NCBI GenBank assembly: GCA_028870995.1 | Contig: JAGWOI010000005.1 | Span: 39,807 to 103,806 of the forward strand | Reading direction: 5' to 3' | Origin: Candidatus Omnitrophota bacterium | GTDB lineage: Bacteria; Omnitrophota; Gorgyraeia; Zapsychrales; Fredricksoniimonadaceae | Length of the DNA stretch: 64,000 bases | In this document: positions 19,514-28,609 of the stretch, piece after piece | Position numbering within the stretch: position 1 is the stretch's first letter | Layout: each line of letters opens with the position of its first letter | Made by a program: the position numbers and the translations under genes | The notes under the pieces: model-generated | The model's database searches: none | Seen by the model: the letters and a program-made list of their open reading frames with translations, nothing else | What the model was told of the DNA's origin: nothing

Positions 19514-20530
19514 ATGGTTCTTAATGACACGCTCGACAGACCTTTGCATGATTTGCGGATTTCGCTTATCGATCGCTGCAACTTTCGCTGCCCGTACTGC
19601 ATGCCATCTGAGAAATTTCATCATGCCTATCGCTTTCTTGACAAGAACCAATGGTTGACTTTCGAAGAGATTGCCCGCATGGCCCGGATTTTTGTGGAGA
19701 TGGGGGTGCGCAAGCTGCGCCTGACCGGAGGCGAGCCTTTGCTCAGGCCGCGCCTGGACGAGCTTATTTACGAACTTTCGGCCATAGAGGGCCTTGAAGA
19801 TTTGGCCCTGACCACCAACGGCTCCATGCTCTCCGAGTGGTCCTACCGTCTGAAGGCCGCCGGCCTGCACCGGCTGACGGTAAGCCTCGATACGGTGGAT
19901 CCGGAGGTATTCCATCAGATGAGCGGCGGACGGGGTGATCTCAACGAAGTATTGGGCGGTATCCGTACGGCTGAAGAAGCTGGATTCGGGGCCATTAAAA
20001 TCAACACCGTCATCCAGCGCGGGGTCAATGACCACACCATGTTGGATTTAGTCAGGCATTTCCGGGGCACACCTCATACTGTACGCTTTATTGAATATAT
20101 GGACGTCGGTAATCAAAATCATTGGGACAATGCCCAGGTCGTGCCCTCCGGCGAGATCTTTAAAAAGATCAACGCCGAATTTCCGCTGCAGCGTATCGAT
20201 GGGACCCAGAACGGCGGCACATCGGAGGTCTATCGCTTTCAGGACGGCCGGGGTGAGGTGGCTTTCATTTCTTCGGTGACCAAGGCCTTTTGCGGCACCT
20301 GCAACCGCCTGAGGTTATCGGCAGACGGCAAGCTGTACACCTGTCTTTTTGCCACTCGAGGCACAGATATCGGGGGGCATTTAAGGCAAGGCCAGTCTGA
20401 CGAAGCCCTAAAGGATGTCATCCGGCAGGTTTGGCGCCGCAGGGATGACCGTTATTCCGAGATCCGCTCCAAACTTCCTCGCGGCACCCAAGCCTTACCA
20501 AAGGTTGAAATGTACCAAATCGGCGGGTAA
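19514..20530 (+). CDS. moaA: GTP 3',8-cyclase (molybdenum cofactor biosynthesis, radical SAM)
   Basis: CNFRCPYC radical-SAM motif; C-terminal second Fe-S cluster Cys motif (CGTCNRLRLSADGKLYTC). Confidence 0.93.
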   Translation: MVLNDTLDRPLHDLRISLIDRCNFRCPYCMPSEKFHHAYRFLDKNQWLTFEEIARMARIFVEMGVRKLRLTGGEPLLRPRLDELIYELSAIEGLEDLALTTNGSMLSEWSYRLKAAGLHRLTVSLDTVDPEVFHQMSGGRGDLNEVLGGIRTAEEAGFGAIKINTVIQRGVNDHTMLDLVRHFRGTPHTVRFIEYMDVGNQNHWDNAQVVPSGEIFKKINAEFPLQRIDGTQNGGTSEVYRFQDGRGEVAFISSVTKAFCGTCNRLRLSADGKLYTCLFATRGTDIGGHLRQGQSDEALKDVIRQVWRRRDDRYSEIRSKLPRGTQALPKVEMYQIGG

Positions 20531-20557
20531 TATATAAAGATTCACCTTGGGAGAGAC

Positions 20558-22126
20558 ATGGCGAATTTCATTGCCTTGCTTTGGGTGGCGTTCATATTAG
20601 CGGCCTCGGTGTTTTTTTCATCGACGGCTCTTTTAGAACTTGTTCAGCGTAAAAAGCTGAAATTCGATAAAGGGCTTTTTTTGTCATTGTCGGCCTGTTT
20701 GTTGGGGCTGTTCCTGTGTCTTTCAATACGTCCAGCGTTTTACCGCGTTTATCACGATGAATTAGCCTACATTTCACAATCCGTAAACATCCTTTCTCGG
20801 GGCAAGCCCGACATTCTTTTAAAAGGAAGCCGTTTTCGACCGGAGGCTCTCGCGCCTTTTACTGCCGATGCCAAGCTTCCTGGTTTTGCCTGGCTTAATG
20901 CCATCGCCCTGTTTCTAACCAAGGATTTCAGGCATAGCGGTTTTGTTTTAAATTTGATTTTGGGGACTTTGTGCATAGCGGTTATGCATAGGATCGTCTG
21001 GAGCCTTACTTCAAGTCAGATAATGGCTTGGTGGGCGGCGGTCTTCCTGGCCTGTCTGCCGGCACGTATCACCTATGCCATGTCCGCCGATTGCGATATC
21101 GCGGGGATGTTTTTCTTTTTATTGTTCCTTCTTTTCATTATTGAATACCAGCAGACAATCAGCCGGAGAATTTTTTATGCCTCGGTTTTCTGCGGCGTCT
21201 ATAGCGTTTGTATCAAACCGTTTTATGCAGCCTTTGTTGTGTTGATCTTAGCGGGCGCACTTAATTTTTACCGTCGGCAGGGAAGCTTGGATAAGAAATT
21301 TCATTCCCGGATCTTGGTGGATATCTTTTGTTTATTCCTGCCTGTCTTGAGTGCTCTGGTTTGCATATTGCTTTTTTATAGAAATGCTTCCTCTTACTGG
21401 TCATTTCTGTTTATTCCTAAGAATATTTTTACCAGTCTTCTTTATTTATTTGACCCGTATCAGAATACGCTGCTAATGACATTGGCGGCACTGGTCGGGA
21501 TGACCTATGGTCTTTTCAAGAATGACCTTTTGGCCCAAACTCTGTCCAGGTGGTTTATCATAGCTCTTGCGGTCCTTTCCATGTTCTGTGCAGGGGGTAT
21601 CTGCTATCCGGGGCAAGGTTATTCGGATAGGTATTTTTTGCCATTAAGCATTCCCTTGATATTTTTGGCTGCCAGAGGCGTGGCGGTTTTCCTGACCATG
21701 ACATCAAGTCGCTATTTCTTGGGGGGACTGTTTGGTATGGCGTTGGTGCTCAATGCTTTTCTGGCCTCACATCATCTTACCCAGGAGGCCAAGGATGGGT
21801 TTCACTACCAGAAAGGCTTGATCCTGAAAGAGGTATTCCCTTATGTTCCTAATGACGCATATATGCTGGATGCCTGCGCCGCCGTGATCACCACCATGAG
21901 TTCCCGAAGGGCCATTCAGACCAAATTGTTCCTGGATGGGGATCATCCTTCTAAGATCGTTTATTTGCAGGGTATTGCGGACGATCTTTATAATTCCGAC
22001 GATCCCAGGAACATGGCCCTAGTCAAACAAATCCTTCACGCCCAATACCGATGCAGGGCCTTGACCGCTTCGCCTATCCGGGAGGGGCGTTTATCCGCCA
22101 CACCGTTTCTGTGCACCAAAAAGTAG
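20558..22126 (+). CDS. polytopic membrane protein, GT-C-fold glycosyltransferase-like (ArnT/PMT family-like)
   Basis: 522 aa, more than 10 predicted TM helices; early loop with a YHDELAY (DE-type) motif. Confidence 0.45.
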   Translation: MANFIALLWVAFILAASVFFSSTALLELVQRKKLKFDKGLFLSLSACLLGLFLCLSIRPAFYRVYHDELAYISQSVNILSRGKPDILLKGSRFRPEALAPFTADAKLPGFAWLNAIALFLTKDFRHSGFVLNLILGTLCIAVMHRIVWSLTSSQIMAWWAAVFLACLPARITYAMSADCDIAGMFFFLLFLLFIIEYQQTISRRIFYASVFCGVYSVCIKPFYAAFVVLILAGALNFYRRQGSLDKKFHSRILVDIFCLFLPVLSALVCILLFYRNASSYWSFLFIPKNIFTSLLYLFDPYQNTLLMTLAALVGMTYGLFKNDLLAQTLSRWFIIALAVLSMFCAGGICYPGQGYSDRYFLPLSIPLIFLAARGVAVFLTMTSSRYFLGGLFGMALVLNAFLASHHLTQEAKDGFHYQKGLILKEVFPYVPNDAYMLDACAAVITTMSSRRAIQTKLFLDGDHPSKIVYLQGIADDLYNSDDPRNMALVKQILHAQYRCRALTASPIREGRLSATPFLCTKK

Positions 22127-23056
22127 TTACCAAAAGCCTTCGGGGTTGGAGGGCAGGGTGGTCTTGAATTTTCCCGCAAAACGCACTTCTCTGACCAGTT
22201 GCAGGCCGAATTTCTGACGGACCGCTTCCATCATTTTAAGATGCAGGTCATGCACGTCCTGGGCACTGGCGCCCTGGCCTTTGACGATGATATTCGCATG
22301 TTTGGGGAAGACATAGGCGCCGCCTACTTTCATGTTTTTGGCGCCGGCATCTTCCAGGAACGAACCGGCGGCCTGGCGGCGTTCGGCTTTTGAAGTCGGT
22401 TCGATATTACGGAAGAAGGAGCCAGCGCAGGGCTCATGGTCAAGGTCTGGGTGTTTTTCGGCGCGCTTTTTTAGGATCTCCGCACGTTCACGGGCCAGGA
22501 CGATGGGGTCGCCCGGTGCCAGCATGAAGGTAACGGAGACTATGATCTCATGGGTTTCCTTAAGCCGGGAATGGCGGTAAGAGAACCCGAAGTGATCGAC
22601 ATCGACCGTTTTAAGGCGGCCTTCCTGGTCCAGGATTTGGGCACGGACCAGGACATCGCCGACCTGTTTGCCCCAGGCGCCGGCATTGCCAAGGACGGCT
22701 CCTCCGACCGAGCCGGGAATGCCTGTCGTATAATTTAAGCCTTCCAATCCTTCATCCACACAGAAGACGGCCAGATCGTCTAGGATGGTGCCGGCCGCCA
22801 CGTCCACTTCGTAACCCTTGCGTTCGATCAAGGGTGTGCGCGAGAAGTAGCGTATCACCGTGGCGTCAATCCCCAAGTCGGAGACCACCAGGTTGGAGCC
22901 GCCGCCGATCAGCACAAAAGGAGCATTGTCCTTCTTCAGTCTTTGGACGGTTCTGATGAGTTCGTCAGGATGGGCGCATTCGATCAAGCAGGGGCAAGGG
23001 CCGCCCAGTCGAAAAGTGGTGTATTCGCAAAGCAAGGCAGGAGAGCGGGTTTTCAT
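22127..23056 (-). CDS. murB: UDP-N-acetylenolpyruvoylglucosamine reductase
   Basis: FAD-binding domain (GGGSNLV) and MurB C-terminal domain; start placed at MKTRSPAL, 4 nt downstream of the moaE stop. Confidence 0.85.
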   Translation of the reverse strand: MKTRSPALLCEYTTFRLGGPCPCLIECAHPDELIRTVQRLKKDNAPFVLIGGGSNLVVSDLGIDATVIRYFSRTPLIERKGYEVDVAAGTILDDLAVFCVDEGLEGLNYTTGIPGSVGGAVLGNAGAWGKQVGDVLVRAQILDQEGRLKTVDVDHFGFSYRHSRLKETHEIIVSVTFMLAPGDPIVLARERAEILKKRAEKHPDLDHEPCAGSFFRNIEPTSKAERRQAAGSFLEDAGAKNMKVGGAYVFPKHANIIVKGQGASAQDVHDLHLKMMEAVRQKFGLQLVREVRFAGKFKTTLPSNPEGFW

Positions 23057-23060
23057 AGGA

Positions 23061-23492
23061 TTAAACAGCGGGCTTTTGGCTGCCTTGGATCCATGCTTTG
23101 CCGCCGTCGGTGTAAAATTCTTTTTTCCAGACGAGCAGCCTTTTTTTGATTTCTTCAATGATATAACGGCAGGCTTTAAAAGCTTCATCACGGTGAGGGG
23201 CCCAGACACCGATCCATACGGCGGTTTCGGACACTTTCAGGCGGCCTATCCTTTGGATGCAGACGGCATTAGTGATGAAAAAAGCGGACAAGGCTTCCTT
23301 GATTATTTTTTCACCTTCCGCAAGGCAGGCGGGATGGTCGGCGATGTACAAAAGTTCGCCCACCGTGTGGCCCTCGATCTCATCCGCACGCACCATGCCC
23401 TCAAAGGTGACCAGGGCGCCGTTTTGGGACGGATCGGCGTATCTTGCCCTGGCTTGGGATATGTCAATGGCATTTTCTTGGAGGATGAACAT
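23061..23492 (-). CDS. moaE: molybdopterin synthase catalytic subunit
   Basis: 143 aa; MoaE-like (GALVTFEGMVR ... WKKEFYTDG). Confidence 0.8.
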   Translation of the reverse strand: MFILQENAIDISQARARYADPSQNGALVTFEGMVRADEIEGHTVGELLYIADHPACLAEGEKIIKEALSAFFITNAVCIQRIGRLKVSETAVWIGVWAPHRDEAFKACRYIIEEIKKRLLVWKKEFYTDGGKAWIQGSQKPAV

Positions 23493-23747
23493 TTAATAAG
23501 TGACTTTCACTACACCGCCTAAGATCTTGCATTGGCAGCCTAAGCGGTGAGTGCGGTCCATGGCCAGATCCGTTTCTTCCTTGTTTAATTCATTGATATT
23601 CTCCGCGCCTTCCAGGATCTCAATCTGGCAGGTGCCGCATACCCCGGAATTGCAGGAAAAAGGGATGCCCGCCGCTTCGCAGGCTTCGGCCATCTGCTGT
23701 CCGTCGGGGATCTCATAAGACACGTTATCGATGATCAATTTGGCCAT
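23493..23747 (-). CDS. plant-type [2Fe-2S] ferredoxin (beta-grasp)
   Basis: 84 aa; C-x4-C-x2-C (CNSGVCGTC) plus a distal Cys (GCQC); lies where moaD would be expected, upstream of moaE. Confidence 0.7.
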   Translation of the reverse strand: MAKLIIDNVSYEIPDGQQMAEACEAAGIPFSCNSGVCGTCQIEILEGAENINELNKEETDLAMDRTHRLGCQCKILGGVVKVTY

Positions 23748-23750
23748 AGA

Positions 23751-24677
23751 TCATTCTTTAAATTGTAACACCGGAAATACGATATTTTTTTCAGGATTGT
23801 TGAATTCGTGGACGACCGTTTCAGGATGAAAGATTTTGATCTTATTGATAATCTCATCCACCAAATACCGCGGTACGGAAGCGCCTGAGCTTATCCCCAC
23901 GCGTTGTTTGCCTTTTAATATGGAACAATCCAGTTCAGCGGCCGTGTCCACGATATGGCTTTCCACGCCCACGTGTTCACCTGTTTCCCGCAGCCGGTTG
24001 CTGTTGGAAGAATGGGGAGAGCCGCAAATGATGATGATATCACAAAAAGAGGCCAGCTCCTTGACGGCATCCTGCCGGTTTTGGGTGGCATAGCAAATGT
24101 CCGAACGCAGGGGGCCGATGAGTTTGGGGAACATGCTCTTTAACTTTTCGATGATGTTCTTGGTCTCATCGACGGACAAGGTGGTCTGGGTCAAATAGGC
24201 CACGGTTTTGGCGGGATCGATGTCCAAATAATCGACATCCTTTTCGGTCTCCACAATGTGCAGCAGGTCCGGGGCTACATAGCCGGAGGTGCCGATCAAT
24301 TCCTGGTGCCCGACATGGCCGATGAGGATGGTGTCGATCTTTTGATCGGAGAATTTTACTGCTTCTTTATGCACCTTGGTGACCAGCGGACAGGTGGCGT
24401 CGACAAATTTCAGATGGCGCTGGCGGGCCTCCTTGATAAGATCAGGGGGGATGCCATGGGCGCTGAAGATAATGCGCGAGCCCGGCGGCACATCTTTTAA
24501 GTTCTCCACAAATTTGATGCCGCGCTCCTTCATGTCATTGACGACAGAGGTGTTATGCACGATGTCATGGTAGACATAAAGCGGGGTTCCGTAGGTTTTC
24601 AATGCCAGTTCGACGATATCAATGGCGCTGGCCACCCCTGCACAGAATCCTTGAGTTTTTGCTAAGAATATTTCCAT
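23751..24677 (-). CDS. ispH: 4-hydroxy-3-methylbut-2-enyl diphosphate reductase
   Basis: LytB N-terminus GFCAGV and conserved Cys/His residues; 308 aa. Confidence 0.92.
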   Translation of the reverse strand: MEIFLAKTQGFCAGVASAIDIVELALKTYGTPLYVYHDIVHNTSVVNDMKERGIKFVENLKDVPPGSRIIFSAHGIPPDLIKEARQRHLKFVDATCPLVTKVHKEAVKFSDQKIDTILIGHVGHQELIGTSGYVAPDLLHIVETEKDVDYLDIDPAKTVAYLTQTTLSVDETKNIIEKLKSMFPKLIGPLRSDICYATQNRQDAVKELASFCDIIIICGSPHSSNSNRLRETGEHVGVESHIVDTAAELDCSILKGKQRVGISSGASVPRYLVDEIINKIKIFHPETVVHEFNNPEKNIVFPVLQFKE

Positions 24678-24692
24678 ACTAAAGTGGAATGC

Positions 24693-24721
24693 TTGCTTTT
24701 TTCTGTTTGATTTTCTATAAT
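24693..24721 (+). promoter_or_regulatory. putative sigma70 promoter for ispG (TTGCTT - 17 nt - TATAAT)
   Basis: Hexamers read directly from the sequence, about 45 nt upstream of the ispG start. Confidence 0.4.
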
Positions 24722-24729
24722 ACGCGTCA

Positions 24730-24758
24730 ATTATAACATTTTTGGTTGGGGTGTAAAT
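24730..24758 (-). promoter_or_regulatory. putative sigma70 promoter for ispH on the minus strand (TTTACA - 17 nt - TATAAT)
   Basis: The reverse complement of 24730-24758 gives TTTACA-N17-TATAAT; back-to-back with the ispG promoter. Confidence 0.4.
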
Positions 24759-24765
24759 TTAAAAA

Positions 24766-25992
24766 ATGGGTCTTGTTCATCGTCGAAAAACATCTGTTGT
24801 ACAGATCGGTTCCCTAAACCTGGGGTCGGACTTTCCGGTGCGTGTCCAATCCATGACCGACACGCCTACCTCTGATGTGCAAGCCACTCTCGCTCAAACC
24901 AGGGCGTTGATCGCAGCCGGTTCCGAGTTGGTGCGCTGGACAGTCAATGACGATGCGGCCGCCAAAGGGGCGGCTGAAGCTATCCGCCTTCTGCGTGAAG
25001 AAGGCATCAATACCCCGATCATCGGTGATTTTCATTTCAACGGACATATTCTTTTAAGGAATAATCCGCGGACCGCCCAACGGCTGGACAAATACCGCAT
25101 CAACCCCGGCAATGTGGGCAAGGGCCGTTTGCATGACGATAATTTTGCCCAGATTGTCAAAATCGCCATTGATAAAGGTAAAGCGGTGCGCATCGGCGTC
25201 AATTGGGGCTCTCTGGACCAGGAACTGTTGACGGAATTGATGGATGCCAACGCCCGTTCCTCCAAGCCCAAAGATTTCAGCGAGGTGACCCGCGAGGCCA
25301 TGGTGCAAAGCGCCCTGCGGTCGGCCGAATATGCTTTAAAACTGGGGCTGCCGAAAACAAAACTGGTCTTGAGCGTTAAAATGTCCGTCCTGCAGGACAT
25401 GGTGGCTGTTTATGAGCGTCTGGCCGCCGCATGCGATTGTGCCCTGCATTTGGGTTTGACCGAAGCCGGTGCGGATATCAAGGGCGCGGTATCATCGGCG
25501 GCCGCGCTTTCGATCCTGCTGCAGCAGGGCATCGGCGATACCATCCGGGTTTCGCTGACCCCGCAGCCCAAGGTGCCGCGTTCCAAGGAAGTGGAGGTTT
25601 GCAAGGAGCTTTTGCAGTCCATGGGCTTCCGTTATTTTGCGCCTTCGGTCACCAGCTGTCCCGGCTGCGGCCGGACAGCTTCCAACTATTTTCAGTACCT
25701 GGCGCAAGACATCAACAGCCATATCAAATTAAAAATGCCCTTGTGGCAGAAACAATATCCGGGTGTTGAAGAGATGAAGATCGCAGTCATGGGTTGTGTG
25801 GTCAACGGGCCCGGCGAGAGCCGCCATGCGGACATCGGCATCAGCTTGCCGGGCTCTTCCGAGAAACCCATAGCGCCGGTGTATATGGACGGCAAGGAGC
25901 ATAAGACCCTCAAAGGCGATCATATTAAGGAAGAGTTTATCGATATTCTGGAAGATTATATAAAGAAGCGCTACGGAAAGGTGTCCTTATGA
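24766..25992 (+). CDS. ispG: 4-hydroxy-3-methylbut-2-en-1-yl diphosphate synthase
   Basis: GcpE TIM-barrel region; C-terminal [4Fe-4S] Cys motif (CPGCGRT ... GCVVNGPGE). Confidence 0.92.
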   Translation: MGLVHRRKTSVVQIGSLNLGSDFPVRVQSMTDTPTSDVQATLAQTRALIAAGSELVRWTVNDDAAAKGAAEAIRLLREEGINTPIIGDFHFNGHILLRNNPRTAQRLDKYRINPGNVGKGRLHDDNFAQIVKIAIDKGKAVRIGVNWGSLDQELLTELMDANARSSKPKDFSEVTREAMVQSALRSAEYALKLGLPKTKLVLSVKMSVLQDMVAVYERLAAACDCALHLGLTEAGADIKGAVSSAAALSILLQQGIGDTIRVSLTPQPKVPRSKEVEVCKELLQSMGFRYFAPSVTSCPGCGRTASNYFQYLAQDINSHIKLKMPLWQKQYPGVEEMKIAVMGCVVNGPGESRHADIGISLPGSSEKPIAPVYMDGKEHKTLKGDHIKEEFIDILEDYIKKRYGKVSL

Positions 25993-27056
25993 ACAGCGAA
26001 TCCAAGAAATTTTTGCGTGAGTTTTTAAGTCAATGCGGGCCGTCAGGCTTTGAAGAGTCCAGCCAGGCGGTATGGTCCCAAAGGACTAAAGCATATGCGG
26101 AAAAGATCCGCCGCGATGTGCACGGAAATGCCATAGCCGTACTAAACCCAAAGGCTGAATATAAAATCATGTTGGCCGGCCATTGTGATGAGATCGGCTT
26201 TATCGTCAGCCATATTACCGCCGAAGGTTTTTTGTGTGTGGTGCCCGTGGGCGGCATCGACAGTGGCGTTTTGCCGGGCAGCCAGGTCAAGGTGCAAGCC
26301 GAAGGCGGCATGATTGATGGGGTCATCGGCAAAAAGCCTATCCATTTGATGGAAGAAGCTGACCGCAATAAAAGTGTTGCCATCAAGGACCTTTGGGTCG
26401 ATATCGGCGCCAAGGACAGGGAAGATGCGCTTAAGGTGGTGGCCTTGGGCGATGCCGTCTCTTTTGCCCCTAATTATATGGAACTGCGCAACAATATTTT
26501 TTCTTCCAAAGGCTGCGATGACAAGACAGGCGCCTTTGTAGTCTCCGAAGTGATTAAAATTTTGAGCGGCCGTAAATTGCGCAAGGACATGGGGGTCTAT
26601 GCGGTGTCCACGGTCCAGGAAGAAGTGGGCCTGCGCGGCGCGCGCACCAGCGCTTACGGCATCAATCCTCAGGTCGGCATTGCCGTCGACGTGGGCTTTG
26701 CCTCGGACACGCCGGGCATCGATAAACGGATTGTAGGCGAAGTTTCTCTGGGGCACGGGCCGGTGCTGCATGCCGGGCCTGCCATCAACCGCATTTTAGG
26801 CAAGTTGTTCATTGATGTCGCCAGGCGCAAAAAGATCCCTTATCAATTTTCATCCCTGGGCCGTCCTGACGGCACCGATACCGGCGCCATGCAGTTAAGC
26901 CGCGACGGAGTGGCGACGAGCTTGATCAGCGTTCCCAACCGCTATATGCACACCATGGTGGAGACCTGTTCGCTGGATGACTTGGAGTCGTGCGCCAATC
27001 TGATCGCCGAAACCATTTTGGAGATCACTCCAAGAATGGATTTCATCCCGCGGTAA
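25989..27056 (+). CDS. M42 family metallopeptidase (FrvX/glutamyl aminopeptidase-like)
   Basis: 355 aa; M42 His/Asp metal ligands (GHCDEIG, GCDDKTG). Confidence 0.8.
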   Translation: MNSESKKFLREFLSQCGPSGFEESSQAVWSQRTKAYAEKIRRDVHGNAIAVLNPKAEYKIMLAGHCDEIGFIVSHITAEGFLCVVPVGGIDSGVLPGSQVKVQAEGGMIDGVIGKKPIHLMEEADRNKSVAIKDLWVDIGAKDREDALKVVALGDAVSFAPNYMELRNNIFSSKGCDDKTGAFVVSEVIKILSGRKLRKDMGVYAVSTVQEEVGLRGARTSAYGINPQVGIAVDVGFASDTPGIDKRIVGEVSLGHGPVLHAGPAINRILGKLFIDVARRKKIPYQFSSLGRPDGTDTGAMQLSRDGVATSLISVPNRYMHTMVETCSLDDLESCANLIAETILEITPRMDFIPR

Positions 27057-27062
27057 AAAAAC

Positions 27063-27112
27063 CGGGACACATTGACTTTTTATTTTAAAAAGTCAATGTG
27101 TCCCGAGTTTCT
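27063..27112. terminator. bidirectional intrinsic terminator between convergent genes
   Basis: Perfect 20-bp inverted repeat CGGGACACATTGACTTTTTA / TAAAAAGTCAATGTGTCCCG flanked by A/T runs on both sides. Confidence 0.75.
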
Positions 27113-28043
27113 CGAATAAATCCGGTGAGGATTGCAGGAAGCCATTCTTGATCTGCTGCAGCCATCTGGCCATGATCTCAGGGTCATCTTGAATTTGGGC
27201 ATCCCCCCAATGCATGGAACTGAATAAAGGGTAGGCGTCCCAATAGCTGTTGATATAGCAGACCACCTTGATATCTTCCGCATTAATGAAGTCGAAGAGA
27301 TGTTTAAACCATTCCCTTTTGACCCTGGTCGAGACTGAACCCACGGCCGAAGATTCCGCGATCATGAAGGGCTTGTGATGGTCCCGGGCCAGTTTTAAGA
27401 ATTTTTTTGCCGTGGCGATCTGCATGGGGTTGAAGATCGAGACCGCAAACCAGTCCACATAGTCATCGCCCGGATACCAGTCCATGAAATTTCCCTTGGA
27501 TTCTATAAGGCTCGCGGAATGCCAGACATAGGCCACGTTGGTCACGCCTAAGGCCCTTAAATGGTCTACGATATAGCGGTAGGCGACTTTGTAGGACAGA
27601 GGATCGTAATGATTGTCCGGCAGATCGAATTCATACCCGATCCTCAAATAGATCGGTCGGTTGGCGCGTTTGATCCAATCCGCCAGCTTGGCAATATTGT
27701 TGTCATATTTGCCCTCCCAGACTTGATCCAAGGCGCCCACCATGTACAGGCCCAATTGAAGGACGGTATGGGGATAATGGTTCACATAATATTGGGCCTG
27801 CATGATGCCGGCCCCATGGGTGGCCGGCTTAACCAGCCCGTCAACCGTCTGGATGGAGGTGTAGGACATGAACCCACCGGGCACAATTCCGATGCTCGCC
27901 AAATAGCCGTCGATGCTGTCGCGCTGCTGGCCGATGATGAGCAATTTACCTCCGTGAGGGATAAAAGGAGGGGCGGCTGCTTTGGCTAACCCGCCGCCGC
28001 AGATCATTGCCGTTACGAACACGACCTTAAGGAACGGTTTCAT
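27093..28043 (-). CDS. secreted glycoside hydrolase, GH26 (beta-mannanase-like) family
   Basis: Signal peptide; WYPGDDYVDW motif typical of GH26; candidate catalytic Glu in YLRIGYEFD and IAESS. Confidence 0.6.
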   Translation of the reverse strand: MKPFLKVVFVTAMICGGGLAKAAAPPFIPHGGKLLIIGQQRDSIDGYLASIGIVPGGFMSYTSIQTVDGLVKPATHGAGIMQAQYYVNHYPHTVLQLGLYMVGALDQVWEGKYDNNIAKLADWIKRANRPIYLRIGYEFDLPDNHYDPLSYKVAYRYIVDHLRALGVTNVAYVWHSASLIESKGNFMDWYPGDDYVDWFAVSIFNPMQIATAKKFLKLARDHHKPFMIAESSAVGSVSTRVKREWFKHLFDFINAEDIKVVCYINSYWDAYPLFSSMHWGDAQIQDDPEIMARWLQQIKNGFLQSSPDLFEKLGTH

Positions 28044-28516
28044 TTTAATGTACGTAAGGACTCGATGATTTCCTGCGCATGGCCTTCGGGTTTGACCTTT
28101 TCAAAAACCTTGGCGATCTTGCCGCTGGCATCAATGATAAAGGTCGTGCGGGCCACCCCCATGTATTTCCTTCCGTACATGGATTTTTCCACCCAGACCC
28201 CGTAGGCTTGACACGTTCTTTTGTCTTCATCCGCCAGTAGAATGAAGGGAAGTTTGAATTTGTTGATGAATTTGCCGTGGGAAGTAACGGAATCAGGGCT
28301 GACGCCTAGAACCACGGCGCCATGCTTTTCAAATTCCTTATAGTTGTCGCGTAACCCGCAGGCCTCGACCGTGCATCCTGGAGTGTCATCTTTAGGATAA
28401 AAATAAATGACGATTTTCCTGCCTTTCAAATCGTTTAAGGCAATATTTCCACCGCTGCTGGCGGGCAAATTAAAATCCGGAGATTCACTTCCTTGAGAAG
28501 GAATGGGCATAGACAC
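28040..28516 (-). CDS. bcp: thiol peroxidase Bcp (peroxiredoxin)
   Basis: PxxxTxxC motif (PKDDTPGCT); 158 aa. Confidence 0.88.
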   Translation of the reverse strand: MSMPIPSQGSESPDFNLPASSGGNIALNDLKGRKIVIYFYPKDDTPGCTVEACGLRDNYKEFEKHGAVVLGVSPDSVTSHGKFINKFKLPFILLADEDKRTCQAYGVWVEKSMYGRKYMGVARTTFIIDASGKIAKVFEKVKPEGHAQEIIESLRTLK

Positions 28517-28609
28517 CTTTCTGCTAACCGATTTAATGACCCGCTAATTATATAATAAAAAAGATAAATTAGGAATATTACGGTATTTTTATGTTAAAAT
28601 TAAAACTCA

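Noticed and set aside
23057-23209. Lys-rich 51-aa N-terminal extension of the MurB ORF
   Set aside because: The extension would overlap moaE on the same strand, and the murB Met at 23056 sits 4 nt after the moaE stop and matches the normal MurB length.
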